NCBI GenBank assembly: GCA_038132575.1
Contig: JAYPRP010000005.1
Location: 879 to 64,878, forward strand
From: Rhodospirillaceae bacterium
GTDB taxonomy: Bacteria > Pseudomonadota > Alphaproteobacteria > UBA6615
Reading direction: 5' to 3'
Length of the DNA: 64,000 nucleotides
The position numbers and the translations under genes were made by a program. Of this stretch, positions 1-10,145 are shown one piece after another. The first letter of the stretch is position 1; each line of letters starts with the position of its first letter. The notes under the pieces were generated by a model. The model saw only the letters and a list, made by a program, of their open reading frames with translations, was not told where the DNA came from and searched no databases.

Positions 1-484
1 TCGAGTAGCTCAGGCCGCGCATCTTGAAGGCGGTCGACATGTTGGCCGACAGCGTCGAGCACATGGCCTTGGGCACCGCGTAGGGTCCGATCCGCTTGGG
101 GCTCTTCTCGCGCGCGATGTCCGCCGCCTCGACCTGGGCCGAGGTAGAGGGGCCGCCGGAGCCCATGACGAGGCCCGTGCGCTCGTCATGGATATCGGCC
201 TCGGTCAGGCCGGAATCGGCGATCGCCTCGGTCATGGCGATGTAGTTGTAGGCCGCGCCGTCGCCCATGAAGCGGCGCAGCTTGCGGTCGATATGGTTGT
301 CGAAATCGACGTCGGGCGCACCGTGGACATGGGAGCGGAAGCCCATCTCCTCGTAGGTGTCGCAGTGGACGATGCCCGAGCGGCCGGCCTTGAGGCTCTC
401 GGTGACCTCGGCGGCGTTGGCGCCGATGGGCGAGACGATGCCCAGCCCGGTGACGGCGACGCGGCGCATCCCGTTGGTGCTCAT
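1..484 (-). CDS. fabB: 3-oxoacyl-[ACP] synthase I (FabB), N-terminal part; gene runs off the window
   Basis: Minus-strand translation from the ATG at 484 gives [23 protein letters not shown]..., a typical KAS-I N-terminus. The start overlaps the fabA stop (ATGA), and fabA-fabB order is the conserved operon arrangement. Confidence 0.8.
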   Translation of the reverse strand, partial: MSTNGMRRVAVTGLGIVSPIGANAAEVTESLKAGRSGIVHCDTYEEMGFRSHVHGAPDVDFDNHIDRKLRRFMGDGAAYNYIAMTEAIADSGLTEADIHDERTGLVMGSGGPSTSAQVEAADIAREKSPKRIGPYAVPKAMCSTLSANMSTAFKMRGLSYS

Positions 485-1011
485 GCGCTTTCCTCCTTGC
501 TCGGCGGGAATAGCCCGACCTTGAGTCCGGTCGTGGTGTAGACGGTCTCGCCGTCGAGCTCGGCCAGCCCGTCGGCGATGGCGAGCGCGACCCCGCGCTT
601 GATCAGCTTCTTCACGTCGACCTGGTAGCGCAGCAGCTTGCCTTCGGGCTTCACCTCGCCGGCGAACTTGACCTCGCCCACGCCGAGCGCACGGCCCGGG
701 CCCGGCAGGCCCTGCCAGCCCAGGAAGAAGCCGGTCATCTGCCACAACGCGTCGAGGCCCAGGCAACCCGGCATGATGGGATCGCCCTCGAAGTGGCAGT
801 CGTAGAACCAGAGGTCGGGCTTGATGTCGAGCTCGGCGACGATGATGCCCTTGCCGTGGGCGCCGCCGTCGCTGGAAATCTCGGTGATGCGGTCGAACAT
901 GAGCATCGGCGGCAGCGGCAGCTGCGCGTTGCCGGGGCCGAACAGCTCGCCATGCCCGCACTGGATCAGTTCTTCGTAGGTGAAACTGGACTTCTCGCTG
1001 AAACAACTCAT
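481..1011 (-). CDS. fabA: 3-hydroxydecanoyl-[ACP] dehydratase/isomerase FabA
   Basis: ORF 481..1128 (-). The internal start [32 protein letters not shown]... is the canonical FabA N-terminus, with HFxGDP(I)MPG motifs, about 177 aa. Confidence 0.9.
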   Translation of the reverse strand: MSCFSEKSSFTYEELIQCGHGELFGPGNAQLPLPPMLMFDRITEISSDGGAHGKGIIVAELDIKPDLWFYDCHFEGDPIMPGCLGLDALWQMTGFFLGWQGLPGPGRALGVGEVKFAGEVKPEGKLLRYQVDVKKLIKRGVALAIADGLAELDGETVYTTTGLKVGLFPPSKEESA

Positions 1012-1250
1012 GCCCGATACACTTCTAGCCTCTGGATGGGACGCCGTTCTAACAGGTGTTCCGCCCACTGTCCGCAACTTGACGCTCGCGCGGGCCGATT
1101 TCCGGTCGATTCTCCCAGAGCCTGACACCGTTGCGCGCGCCGGTAAAGGACTGGATCACGGTTGCAGCGGTGCCGGTGTGGGGCAAAGATTGATCGAATC
1201 TAACGGGTTATCCCGTTGTTTCGAGAGATTCCTCTTTACATGCCGCGCAA

Positions 1251-1721
1251 ATGACCCATATTGGGCCCATGAACGACGCAACCCCCGATAACCGCGAGCG
1301 GCCCTATGCCGACGCGCTGCGCCGCCTGAAGGAGGCGGGCCTGCGCCCGACTCGCCAGCGGCTCGCGCTGGGCAAGCTGCTGTTCGATGCGGACGACCGG
1401 CACGTGACGGCCGAGCAACTCCACGCCGACGTCACGGCGGAGGGGATCAAGGTCTCGCTCGCGACGATCTACAACACCCTCAACCAATTCACCGAGTCGG
1501 GCCTGTTGCGCGAGGTGGTGGTGGCGCCGGGACGGTCCTATTTCGACACCAACGTCGAGGATCACCATCACTTCTTCTACGAGGACGATGGTTCGCTGCA
1601 GGATATTCCCGGCGACCAGGTTACCCTCGCGGCGATTCCCGAAGCGCCTGCGGACGCCGAGGTGGCGCGGATCGACGTGATCGTGCGCCTGCGTCGCGCT
1701 AATGAGAACCATTCTCAATAA
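1251..1721 (+). CDS. irr: Iron response regulator Irr (Fur family)
   Basis: 156-aa Fur-family protein with HHH heme-regulatory motif (EDHHHFFYEDD). It is divergent from fabA, the Brucella/Bradyrhizobium-type arrangement. An alternative start at 1269 (MNDATP) is possible. Confidence 0.8.
   Translation: MTHIGPMNDATPDNRERPYADALRRLKEAGLRPTRQRLALGKLLFDADDRHVTAEQLHADVTAEGIKVSLATIYNTLNQFTESGLLREVVVAPGRSYFDTNVEDHHHFFYEDDGSLQDIPGDQVTLAAIPEAPADAEVARIDVIVRLRRANENHSQ
1703..1717. promoter_or_regulatory. 6-3-6 palindrome TGAGAA-CCA-TTCTCA overlapping irr 3' end
   Basis: Seen directly in the sequence. The 3-nt spacer architecture matches the second palindrome 30 bp downstream. Confidence 0.3.
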
Positions 1722-1746
1722 ATAGATAGTTTTCAGCAGGATAATT

Positions 1747-1773
1747 AACAGATTGGAATTCTTCCAATCTGTT
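1747..1773. promoter_or_regulatory. Perfect 12-3-12 palindrome AACAGATTGGAA-TTC-TTCCAATCTGTT (ICE/Irr-box-like operator) upstream of rubrerythrin
   Basis: 27-bp perfect inverted repeat in an AT-rich spacer between irr and rbr. It has the 7-3-7 architecture of the alphaproteobacterial iron control element (TTTAGAA-N3-TTCTAAA). Confidence 0.5.
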
Positions 1774-1906
1774 GACTCCTGGCGTCTGCCCCGCCATATT
1801 TGGGCTGTGACGATTTCGGGTCGGGTGCCTTGCGCGCCGGGCCGAACGGGAAACCGCCCGGAACGGGGCGGGTGGACATATCAGTATCGCAATTCCAAGG
1901 AGACGT

Positions 1907-2326
1907 ATGATGTCGCTCAAGGGTTCTAAGACCGAGGAAAATCTCAAGGAAGCGTTTGCTGGCGAGAGCCAGGCCAACCGCCGCTATCTCTATTTCGCGC
2001 AGAAGGCCGACGTCGAGGGCTACAACGACGTCGCCGCCGTGTTCCGCTCGACCGCCGAGGGCGAGACGGGCCATGCGCACGGCCATCTCGAGTTCCTCGA
2101 GGAGGTCGGTGACCCCGCGACCGGCGAGCCGATCGGCCCGACCGCGGACAACCTCAAGGCCGCGGTCGCCGGCGAGACCCACGAGTACACGGATATGTAT
2201 CCGGGTATGGCGCGCACGGCGCGCGAAGAGGGTCACGACGAGATCGCCGATTGGTTCGAGACGCTCGCGAAGGCCGAGAAGAGCCACGCGGGCCGCTTCC
2301 AGAAGGCGCTCGACGACCTCGACTGA
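1907..2326 (+). CDS. rbr: Rubrerythrin-family ferritin-like protein (no rubredoxin domain)
   Basis: 139 aa with two ExxH di-iron ligand motifs ([36 protein letters not shown]). Confidence 0.85.
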   Translation: MMSLKGSKTEENLKEAFAGESQANRRYLYFAQKADVEGYNDVAAVFRSTAEGETGHAHGHLEFLEEVGDPATGEPIGPTADNLKAAVAGETHEYTDMYPGMARTAREEGHDEIADWFETLAKAEKSHAGRFQKALDDLD

Positions 2327-2332
2327 GCCAAT

Positions 2333-2375
2333 GCGGGGCCGCTCATGACTTGCTGCGGCCCCTCATCTCTTTCGC
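2333..2375 (+). terminator. Putative intrinsic terminator after rbr
   Basis: GGGGCCGC-12 nt loop-GCGGCCCC stem followed by a TCATCTCTTTCGC tail, 7 nt after the rbr stop. Confidence 0.4.
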
Positions 2376-2452
2376 AGACGGTTTCAGGCCGGGCGCGTCG
2401 GCAGTGCTGACGGCCAACGGGGGTGTTTGCCCCGCGACGAGGAGAACGGACC

Positions 2453-3838
2453 ATGACAGATGAGAACGGCAACAGCGCGCCCCGCGAAGGCAGCCTCGAT
2501 GCGCCGACCCGCCACCCGCTCGGGTGGGAGGAGATGGACTTCTTCGACGAGGCGAAACTCGATGAGGAGCTGCGCCGGGTCTTCGATATCTGTCACGGCT
2601 GCCGCCGCTGCTTCAATCTGTGCGATTCCTTCCCGCGCTTGTTCGACCTGATCGACGAGTCGGACACAGGCGAGCTCGACAGCGTCGACAGCGCCGACTT
2701 CAAGCCCGTCGTGGACGCCTGCACGCTCTGCGACATGTGCTTCATGACCAAGTGCCCCTACGTGCCGCCGCATGAGTTCAACCTCGACTTCCCGCACCTG
2801 ATGCTGCGCTACCGCGCGATCGAGGCGAAGCGCGACGGCGTCTCCTGGAGCGAGCGCCAGCTCATCCAGACCGACCGGAACGGCCGGCTGGCGGGCAAGG
2901 TGGCGGGGTTGGCCAACTGGGGCTCGGACCGCGGCAACAAGCTGACCCGGCCGGTGATCGAGAAGATCGCGGGCGTCCACCGCGAGGCCGATCTGCCGAA
3001 GTATGCGCCGACCGCGAAGACGTTCGTGCGCCAGGCCGAAAGCGCGCCGCCGGCGGTGAACACTGACGCGCCGGCGCATGGCCGCGAGGCGGTGTTCTAC
3101 GCGACCTGTTTCGTGAACTACAACAAGCCCGACACGGGCGTGCTGGCGCAGCGCATCCTCGCGAAGAACGGGGTCGCGACCAGCGCGCTGCACCCCGGCT
3201 GCTGCGGGATGCCCCAGCTCGAACAGGGGCAGGTGGACGACGTCGCGGCCATGGCGAAGACGGTCGCCGCAGCGTTCCGGCCCCATGTGGACGCCGGCAG
3301 GGACGTGATCGCGCTGACGCCGTCCTGCGCGCTGATGCTGAAGTTCGAGTGGCCGCTGCTGCTGCCGGAGGACGAGGACATCAGGGCTCTCTCGGCCGCG
3401 ACCCGAGACATCACGGAATACATCGTCGACATCGCGAAGAACGAGGGCCTGGTCGATGGCCTTTCGGCCCTGCCGGCCTCCGTCGCGTTGCACCTTGCCT
3501 GTCATGCCCGGGCCCAGAACATGGGCCAGAAGGCGGCCGAGATGCTGCGGCTCATTCCCGACGCAGACCTCAAGGTGATCGAGCGTTGCTCGGGTCATGG
3601 CGGTTCGTGGGGCGTGATGAAGGAGAACTTCGAGACCGCCATCAAGGTCGGCCGGCCGGTGGCGCGCCAGGCGAAGGATCACCGCTTCATTGTTTCCGAG
3701 TGCCCGCTGGCCGCGGACCACATCCTGCAGGGCATCGAGAAGCAGCTCGATGATGGCCAGTCCGCGCCCGCCCGCACATACCATCCCGTTGAGCTGTTCG
3801 CGCTGGCCTACGGGCTTGCACCCGAACTCGCCGCCTAG
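2453..3838 (+). CDS. (Fe-S)-binding oxidoreductase, HdrD/GlpC-like (4Fe-4S ferredoxin motifs plus two CCG domains)
   Basis: CHGCRRCFNLC and CTLCDMCFMTKCP cysteine motifs, then CCG-type Cys clusters. Start chosen at MTDENG (ORF 2423). Confidence 0.8.
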   Translation: MTDENGNSAPREGSLDAPTRHPLGWEEMDFFDEAKLDEELRRVFDICHGCRRCFNLCDSFPRLFDLIDESDTGELDSVDSADFKPVVDACTLCDMCFMTKCPYVPPHEFNLDFPHLMLRYRAIEAKRDGVSWSERQLIQTDRNGRLAGKVAGLANWGSDRGNKLTRPVIEKIAGVHREADLPKYAPTAKTFVRQAESAPPAVNTDAPAHGREAVFYATCFVNYNKPDTGVLAQRILAKNGVATSALHPGCCGMPQLEQGQVDDVAAMAKTVAAAFRPHVDAGRDVIALTPSCALMLKFEWPLLLPEDEDIRALSAATRDITEYIVDIAKNEGLVDGLSALPASVALHLACHARAQNMGQKAAEMLRLIPDADLKVIERCSGHGGSWGVMKENFETAIKVGRPVARQAKDHRFIVSECPLAADHILQGIEKQLDDGQSAPARTYHPVELFALAYGLAPELAA

Positions 3839-3855
3839 ACCCCGGAGTTGCCGCC

Positions 3856-4449
3856 ATGCCCGCCCCGCGCGAAATCACCCGTGCCGACATCATCGACATG
3901 GAGGAATACGGCAAGAGCCGGAAGGACCGGCGCGCCGCGCTTGTCGCCCGCAAGCGGGACCGCCGCGTCGAGCTGGGTCCGTACGCGACGGCCTATTTCG
4001 AGTGCTACGAGACCATGTGGCATCAGGTTCACGAGATGCTGTTCATCGAACGCGGCGGCGAGGAGCAGATCGACGACGAGCTGTCGGCCTACAATCCGTT
4101 GATCCCGAACGGCCGCGAGCTGGTTGCGACCGTCATGTTCGAGATCGACGACGAGGTCCGGCGCAAGATGGTCCTCGCCAAGCTGGGCGGGGTCGAGGAG
4201 ACGGCCTTCCTGAAGTTCGGCGGCGAGACGATCACCGGCGTCCCGGAAGCGGATGTCGACCGGACGACCGCCGACGGCAAGGCGAGCTCGGTGCAGTTCA
4301 TCCACTTTCCGTTCACCGCCGCACAAGCCGAGGCATTCCGCGCGCCGGGAACCGAGGTGATGCTCGGCTTCGGCCATCCCGAATACGCACACATGACGGT
4401 GCTGACCGAGGCCGTACGCGCGGAACTCGCGGGCGACCTCGACGGCTGA
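3856..4449 (+). CDS. DUF3501 family protein
   Basis: 197-aa ORF lying 17 nt after the Fe-S protein. Known conserved rubrerythrin / HdrD-like / DUF3501 triad; family assignment is by recognition of the triad context and conserved segments. Confidence 0.7.
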   Translation: MPAPREITRADIIDMEEYGKSRKDRRAALVARKRDRRVELGPYATAYFECYETMWHQVHEMLFIERGGEEQIDDELSAYNPLIPNGRELVATVMFEIDDEVRRKMVLAKLGGVEETAFLKFGGETITGVPEADVDRTTADGKASSVQFIHFPFTAAQAEAFRAPGTEVMLGFGHPEYAHMTVLTEAVRAELAGDLDG

Positions 4450-4469
4450 AGTTCGCCGGCGGTCGGGAC

Positions 4470-5027
4470 CTAGCGGCCGACCGCCTCGTCTGCGTAGATT
4501 CCCCACAACGCGGTGCGCGGCAGCCAACCCTCCACCCCGTGGCTGTCGACGGCAACCTGGCACCAGGTCGCCTCGCATCCGCGCAGCGTGACGATCACGC
4601 CCGTCTCGACGAAGGCCGCTATGGGCGCATTGTCCGTGGGGTCCAGGCGCATGCGCGCCCGGCCGTCCGTGATCGCGGCCATGCGCCTACCCGACAGCAT
4701 GGACTTGTGGACCCAGCCCTCGGTGCCGTCCTGGATCCGGATCTTGCGCCAGTTCTCGAACTCCCCGATCACCTCGGCGGGAAGGTTGCGGCGCTGCAGG
4801 AGCCAGTCGATGGGGTAGCGTGCGCCGGGCCCGGTACGCAGGTTCGCCTCCTTCGCCCGGATACTGACCCAGCGCGGGATTGGCAGCCCCGACGGGTTCG
4901 CCGGCGCGACCTGGGCGCCCGTGGCTCCCGCGGCAACGTTGTCCTGCTGGGCGGTGGCGGCCGGCATCCACAGCGCGAGGACGAGCGCTAGAGCCCCGAA
5001 AAAGGCTGTGGGCAAGCGGAACATCAT
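4470..5027 (-). CDS. Secreted SH3-domain (SH3b-like) protein
   Basis: Signal peptide MMFRLPTAFFGALALVLALWMPAATAQQ. Bacterial SH3-like segments (W..IRAKEANLRTGPG, GW..LP). Confidence 0.65.
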   Translation of the reverse strand: MMFRLPTAFFGALALVLALWMPAATAQQDNVAAGATGAQVAPANPSGLPIPRWVSIRAKEANLRTGPGARYPIDWLLQRRNLPAEVIGEFENWRKIRIQDGTEGWVHKSMLSGRRMAAITDGRARMRLDPTDNAPIAAFVETGVIVTLRGCEATWCQVAVDSHGVEGWLPRTALWGIYADEAVGR

Positions 5028-5197
5028 GCCTAGCCGTCTATCCGAGCGCCGTGCGCCGGTCAACCCGCCGAAAAGCCCCCGCGCGCCCCTGCGAACCCTT
5101 GCGAACCGGGGGGCTTACGCGATAATCGGGCGTGGAGAGACCGCGCCGTCCCGGCCGCCGTCACGGGCGGATACCGGCGGACGCGGGCCGGGGGAAT

Positions 5198-6184
5198 ATG
5201 GCAGACAGAAAGCCTATCGTGATCGTCACGCGCCGGCTTCCCGAGGCGACGGAAGCGCGCATGAAGGAGCTGTTCGATACGCGGCTCAACGATGCGGACA
5301 CGCCGATGAGCGAGGCCGCGCTGATGGACGCCGTGGGCGAGGCCGACGTGCTGGTGCCGACCGTGACCGATCACATCAGCGCCCGGGTCATCGGGGCGGC
5401 GTCCGAGCGCCTCAAGCTGATCGCCAACTACGGGAACGGCGTCGACAATATCGACCTGCCGGCGGCCCGCGAGCGCGGCATCACCGTCACCAATACGCCG
5501 GGTGTGCTCACCGAGGACACCGCGGACATGACGATGGCGCTGATCCTGGCGGTACCGCGGCGTTTGTATGAAGGTGCGCAGTTGATCCGCTCGGGCGACT
5601 GGCAGGGATGGTCGCCGACCCTGCTGCCGAGCCGGCGGATCTGGGGCAAGCGTCTCGGGATCGTGGGCATGGGCCGGATCGGCACCGCGCTGGCGCGCCG
5701 CGCGCGGGGCTTCGGGCTCAACATCCACTATCACAACCGCCGCCCGACCCATCCGGACGTCGCGGCGGAACTCGACGCGACCTACTGGGAATCCCTCGAC
5801 CAGATGCTGGCGCGGGTCGATATCGTGTCGGTGAACTGCCCGCGCACGCCGGCGACCTACCACCTGCTGTCGCGCCGCCGCCTCGCGCTGCTCCAGCCCC
5901 ACGCCTTCATCGTCAACACATCGCGCGGCGAGGTGATCGACGAGCGCGCGCTGGGCGACATGATCAAGGCGGGCCAGATCGCCGGGGCGGGGCTCGATGT
6001 GTTCGAGCATGAGCCGGCGGTCGATCCGCGCCTGATGGCGGCGGACAATGTGGTGCTGCTGCCGCACCTGGGCTCGGCCACGGTCGAGGGGCGGCAGGAG
6101 ATGGGCGAAAAGGTGGTGATCAACATCCGCACCTTCGTGGACGGCCATACGCCGCCCGACCGGGTGCTGGAGACGATGTTCTAG
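5198..6184 (+). CDS. D-isomer-specific 2-hydroxyacid dehydrogenase (glyoxylate/hydroxypyruvate reductase family)
   Basis: NAD-binding GIVGMGRIGTALARRA motif; catalytic R/E/H context (SRGEVIDE...HLGSAT). Confidence 0.85.
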   Translation: MADRKPIVIVTRRLPEATEARMKELFDTRLNDADTPMSEAALMDAVGEADVLVPTVTDHISARVIGAASERLKLIANYGNGVDNIDLPAARERGITVTNTPGVLTEDTADMTMALILAVPRRLYEGAQLIRSGDWQGWSPTLLPSRRIWGKRLGIVGMGRIGTALARRARGFGLNIHYHNRRPTHPDVAAELDATYWESLDQMLARVDIVSVNCPRTPATYHLLSRRRLALLQPHAFIVNTSRGEVIDERALGDMIKAGQIAGAGLDVFEHEPAVDPRLMAADNVVLLPHLGSATVEGRQEMGEKVVINIRTFVDGHTPPDRVLETMF

Positions 6185-6199
6185 GCGTCGGCCCGGGCG

Positions 6200-6970
6200 T
6201 CAGTCCCGGGCGTTCGTTCCGCAGACATCGCAGTGCGGGTTCCATGGCACATTGATCGTGTGGAAGCCGGTGTTGAGCGCATCGTAGATCAGCATCCGGC
6301 CGGCCAGGCTTTTGCCCAGCCCGAGCAGCTCCTTGAGCACCTCGGTCGTCTGCAGCGATCCCATGACGCCGGCGAGTGCGCCGAGAATCCCGGCCTCCTC
6401 GCAGCGCGGCACCAGGTCGGCGGGCGGCGCCTCGGGGAAGATGCAGCGATAGCAGGCGGTCGGCGCGTCGTCGTTGCGCCGGAAGGTGAAGAGCTGTCCC
6501 TCGAAGCGCAGCATGGCGGCGGCTACCAGAGGCATTCCAGAACGATAGCAGGCGTCGTTGAGAAGATAGCGCGTCTCGAAATTGTCCGAACCGTCCGCGA
6601 CCAGGTCGTAGCCGGCCACGATCTCCTCGGCATTTTCCCCGGTGAGTCGCACGTCGTGGGTGACGACATTGATCCCGGGGTTGAGGGCCGCCAGCGTATC
6701 CTTCGCGGACTCCGTCTTTTTTCGCCCGACGGATCCTGTCGCGTGCACCACCTGGCGCTGCAGGTTGGTCAGGTCCACCTCGTCGTCGTCGACGATGCCC
6801 AGTGTGCCGACCCCGGCGGCGGCAAGATACATGAGCAGCGGCGCGCCGAGTCCGCCCGCGCCGACCACCAGCACCCGCGAGGCGAGCAGTTTCTCCTGCC
6901 CCTCTTCACCCACCTCGTCGAGGATCAGGTGCCGGGCATAGCGATGAAACTGTTCGTCGCTCAGTTCCAT
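6200..6970 (-). CDS. moeB: HesA/MoeB/ThiF-family adenylyltransferase (molybdopterin-synthase adenylyltransferase-like)
   Basis: VLVVGAGGLGAPLLMYLAAAGVG Rossmann/ATP motif and two CxxC pairs (CYRC..PRC..HCDVCG). Confidence 0.85.
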   Translation of the reverse strand: MELSDEQFHRYARHLILDEVGEEGQEKLLASRVLVVGAGGLGAPLLMYLAAAGVGTLGIVDDDEVDLTNLQRQVVHATGSVGRKKTESAKDTLAALNPGINVVTHDVRLTGENAEEIVAGYDLVADGSDNFETRYLLNDACYRSGMPLVAAAMLRFEGQLFTFRRNDDAPTACYRCIFPEAPPADLVPRCEEAGILGALAGVMGSLQTTEVLKELLGLGKSLAGRMLIYDALNTGFHTINVPWNPHCDVCGTNARD

Positions 6971-6980
6971 TCGTGGGGTC

Positions 6981-7958
6981 CTAGAGCCCCTCGAAGAGCG
7001 CGGTCGAGAGGTAGCGCTCGGCGAAGGACGGCAGCAGGACGACCATCAGCTTGCCGGCCATCTCGTCCCGCGCGCCGACCTCGAACGCCGCAGCGAGCGC
7101 GGCGCCGGACGAGATCCCGACCGGGATGCCCTCGACGCGCGCGAGCTTGCGGGCGGTCGCGAAGGCCGTCTCGTTGGCGATTGGCAGCACCTCGTCGAAG
7201 ATATCGACGTTGAGGATGTCCGGGATGAAGCCGGTGCCGATCCCCTGGATCATGTGCGGGCCGGCGGGGCCGCCCGAAAGGACCGCGCTGTCCTCGGGCT
7301 CGATGGCGACCACGTGCACATCGGGCTTGCGTGCCTTGAGTACCTCGGCCGTGCCGGTGATCGTGCCGCCGGTGCCGACGCCGGCGACGAACACGTCGAT
7401 CTCGCCGTTCGTATCGGCCCAGATTTCCTCGGCCGTTGTGTTCCGGTGTACCTCGGGGTTCGCCGGGTTCTGGAACTGCTGGAGCATGATCGCCTTGTCG
7501 GTCGTGTCGACGATCTCCTGGGCCTTCGCGATCGCGCCGGGCATGCGGTCCGCGGCGGGGGTGAGGACCAGCTCCGCGCCGAGCAGCGCCAGCATCTTCC
7601 GCCGCTCCTGGGACATGGAATCCGGCATCACGAGGATGCAGCGGTAGCCGCGCGCCGCGCACACAAAGGCGAGCGCGATGCCTGTATTGCCCGAGGTCGG
7701 CTCGACGATGACGGAGCCGGGACCGATCTTGCCCTCGGCCTCCGCCGCCGAGATCATCGCGTTGCCGATCCGGTCCTTGACCGAGGCAAGCGGATTGAAG
7801 AATTCGAGCTTCGCCACGAGCTCGGCCTTGCAGCCCTCGGCCTTTGCAATGCGCGGAATGCGGACCAGCGGTGTGGCGCCGATGGTATCGACGACGGAAT
7901 CGTAGATTTTGGCCCGGAATTCCGCGCTTTTCGGAGTGTTTTGGTCAGCGTTGGACAT
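6981..7958 (-). CDS. cysK: Cysteine synthase A (O-acetylserine sulfhydrylase)
   Basis: PLP-lysine motif (SVKDRIG), GNTG loop and GTGGT motif; 325 aa. Confidence 0.9.
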   Translation of the reverse strand: MSNADQNTPKSAEFRAKIYDSVVDTIGATPLVRIPRIAKAEGCKAELVAKLEFFNPLASVKDRIGNAMISAAEAEGKIGPGSVIVEPTSGNTGIALAFVCAARGYRCILVMPDSMSQERRKMLALLGAELVLTPAADRMPGAIAKAQEIVDTTDKAIMLQQFQNPANPEVHRNTTAEEIWADTNGEIDVFVAGVGTGGTITGTAEVLKARKPDVHVVAIEPEDSAVLSGGPAGPHMIQGIGTGFIPDILNVDIFDEVLPIANETAFATARKLARVEGIPVGISSGAALAAAFEVGARDEMAGKLMVVLLPSFAERYLSTALFEGL

Positions 7959-8003
7959 GATTACGGACTTCTGTTGTTTGCTGTGTCGGGGTCTTTTGGG
8001 TGG

Positions 8004-8459
8004 CTAGATCGTGTAGTCGATGCGGTCGGGTTCTTCGCTCTCGACGCCGGCGTCGCGGGCCCGGTCGCAAAGATCCTGGATCGTGATCTGCTCGAGCTGG
8101 GCTATGCAATCGTCAGCCATCTCGCGCCACAGGGGCCGGACGACCTCGATGCCTAGCGGCGAGCCGTCCTCGGCCTCCAACGGGTCGTCGCGGGCCTCCA
8201 TGTCGAGGATCACCCGGACGATATCGGCGAGCGTGATGCGCCGGCGTTCGCGTGCGAGGCGGTAGCCGCCGCGCGGGCCGCGCACGCCGGTTAGCACGCC
8301 CGCGCGCACGAGATTCTGCAGCACCTGCTCCAGGTAGCGCCGAGGAATGCCCTGGCGGCGCGTGATCTCGCGGCTCTGCACCGGGCCGGGGCCGGCGTGG
8401 TAGGCGATGTCGAGGACGGCCTCGATCGCGAACAGGGTCTTGCGCGAAAGACGGAACAT
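8004..8459 (-). CDS. Rrf2-family transcriptional regulator
   Basis: N-terminal wHTH (MFRLSRKTLFAIEAVLDIA..GYRLAR) typical of Rrf2/IscR/CymR. It lies directly upstream of cysK. Confidence 0.8.
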   Translation of the reverse strand: MFRLSRKTLFAIEAVLDIAYHAGPGPVQSREITRRQGIPRRYLEQVLQNLVRAGVLTGVRGPRGGYRLARERRRITLADIVRVILDMEARDDPLEAEDGSPLGIEVVRPLWREMADDCIAQLEQITIQDLCDRARDAGVESEEPDRIDYTI

Positions 8460-8469
8460 GCTCTGGCTC

Positions 8470-8943
8470 TTACTCGCTCTTTGCGCCGCCCGACGTGCCG
8501 GTCGAGCCGAAGCCCCCGGCGCCGCGCGCGGTCTCGGAGAGATTGTCGGTTTCCTGCCAGCGGGCCTGGGTGACCGGCGCGACCACCATCTGGGCGATCC
8601 GCATCCCGCGTTCCACCGTGAAGGGCTCGCTGCCGTGATTGATCAGGATCACCCCGATCTCACCGCGATAGTCCGCGTCGATGGTACCGGGCGTGTTGAC
8701 CAGCGAGATGCCGTTGCGCAGCGCGAGCCCGGACCGTGGCCGGACCTGTGCCTCATAGCCCGGGGGCAGCGCGATCGCCAGTCCGGTGGGAACCAGCGTG
8801 CGTTCGCCCGGCGCGACCACGACGTCCTCCGTGACGGCGGCGCGCAGGTCCATGCCGGCGGCATCGCCGGTTTCGTAGGACGGCAGTTCCAGGTCCGCGC
8901 CGTGGGGCAGGCGGGTGACCGCGACGTCGACGGTGGCGGTCAT
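8470..8943 (-). CDS. dut: dUTP diphosphatase
   Basis: dUTPase motifs ([24 protein letters not shown]). Confidence 0.9.
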   Translation of the reverse strand: MTATVDVAVTRLPHGADLELPSYETGDAAGMDLRAAVTEDVVVAPGERTLVPTGLAIALPPGYEAQVRPRSGLALRNGISLVNTPGTIDADYRGEIGVILINHGSEPFTVERGMRIAQMVVAPVTQARWQETDNLSETARGAGGFGSTGTSGGAKSE

Positions 8944-10145
8944 TCCGCGGCTCCCAGCGTTTCCGCCACGCGCGTGGCGAGACGATTCGCCACGTCCGCC
9001 TTGGACATGCGCGGCCAGTCCTCGACCCCGTCCGCACTCACGAGATGGATCGTGTTGTCGTCGCCGCCGAAGGTCCCGGTCCCGGGCGACACGTCGTTGG
9101 CTAGAATCCAGTCGCAGCCCTTGCGCTCGCGCTTCGCGCGGGCGTGCTCGACGACCTGTTCGGTCTCCGCGGCAAACCCGACAACCAGGCTGGGGCGGGT
9201 GTTCGCTGCGGCCGAGAGCGTGGCGAGGATGTCCGGGTTTTCGGCCATTTCGAGGGTCGGCGCGCCGCCGCCATTCTTCTTGAGCTTCTCGTCGGCGGCC
9301 CGGGCCACCCGCCAGTCGGCCACGGCGGCCGCGCAGACGGCCACGTCGGCCGGCAGCGCCGCCTCGCAGGCCGCGAGCATGTCGCGCGCGCTCTCGACGC
9401 GCACCACGGTCACGCCCGGCGGGTCGGGCAGGTGGGTCGGCCCCGAAACCAGGGTCGTTTGGGCTCCATGGCTGGCCAGCGCCGCCGCGATCGCATGCCC
9501 CTGACGGCCGGACGAGCGGTTTGCGATGTAGCGCACCGGGTCGATCGGTTCGTGGGTGGGGCCGCTGGTCACAAGCGCCCGCCGGCCCGAAAGCGGAGCG
9601 CTAGTCTGAAAAAAATCCGATACCGCCGCGGCGATGTCGTCGGGCTCCGCCAGTCGGCCCAGCCCGTACTCGCCGCAGGCCATGTCGCCTTCTTCCGGGC
9701 CGATCACGTGCACGCCGCGCGCGCGAAGGATCTCGAGATTGGCCTGGGTCGCGGGATGCTCCCACATGCGGACGTTCATCGCCGGCGCCACCATCACGTC
9801 CTTGTCGGTCGCCAGCAGGACGGTCGAGGCCAGGTCGTCGGCCTGCCCGTGGGTCATCTTCGCGAGAATGTCGGCGGTGGCCGGCGCGACGACCAGCAGG
9901 TCCGCGTCGCGGGACAGCTGGATGTGCCCCATCTCGGCCTCGTCGGTGAGCGAGAACAGCTCGGTATAGACCTTGTCCTCGCTGAGCGCCGCCAGGGACA
10001 GCGGGGTGACGAACTGGGACCCGCCGCGGGTCAGGACGCAGCGCACCGCCGCGCCGCGCTCACGCAGGCGGCGGACCAGTTCGAGGCTCTTGTAGGCCGC
10101 GATACCGCCACTGACGATCAGCAGGATCCGTTTGCCATGCAACAT
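8940..10145 (-). CDS. coaBC: Bifunctional phosphopantothenoylcysteine decarboxylase / phosphopantothenate-cysteine ligase
   Basis: Flavoprotein N-domain ([15 protein letters not shown]) and CoaB C-domain. Start MLHGKRILL confirmed in DNA; the 46-codon upstream extension of the ORF is non-protein-like. Confidence 0.9.
   Translation of the reverse strand: MLHGKRILLIVSGGIAAYKSLELVRRLRERGAAVRCVLTRGGSQFVTPLSLAALSEDKVYTELFSLTDEAEMGHIQLSRDADLLVVAPATADILAKMTHGQADDLASTVLLATDKDVMVAPAMNVRMWEHPATQANLEILRARGVHVIGPEEGDMACGEYGLGRLAEPDDIAAAVSDFFQTSAPLSGRRALVTSGPTHEPIDPVRYIANRSSGRQGHAIAAALASHGAQTTLVSGPTHLPDPPGVTVVRVESARDMLAACEAALPADVAVCAAAVADWRVARAADEKLKKNGGGAPTLEMAENPDILATLSAAANTRPSLVVGFAAETEQVVEHARAKRERKGCDWILANDVSPGTGTFGGDDNTIHLVSADGVEDWPRMSKADVANRLATRVAETLGAAE

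Noticed and set aside
6191-6225. GCCCGGG-loop-CCCGGGC hairpin after the 2-hydroxyacid dehydrogenase as a terminator
   Set aside because: It overlaps the moeB C-terminal codons and lacks a clean U-tract. It is a possible bidirectional stop signal but too weak to annotate.
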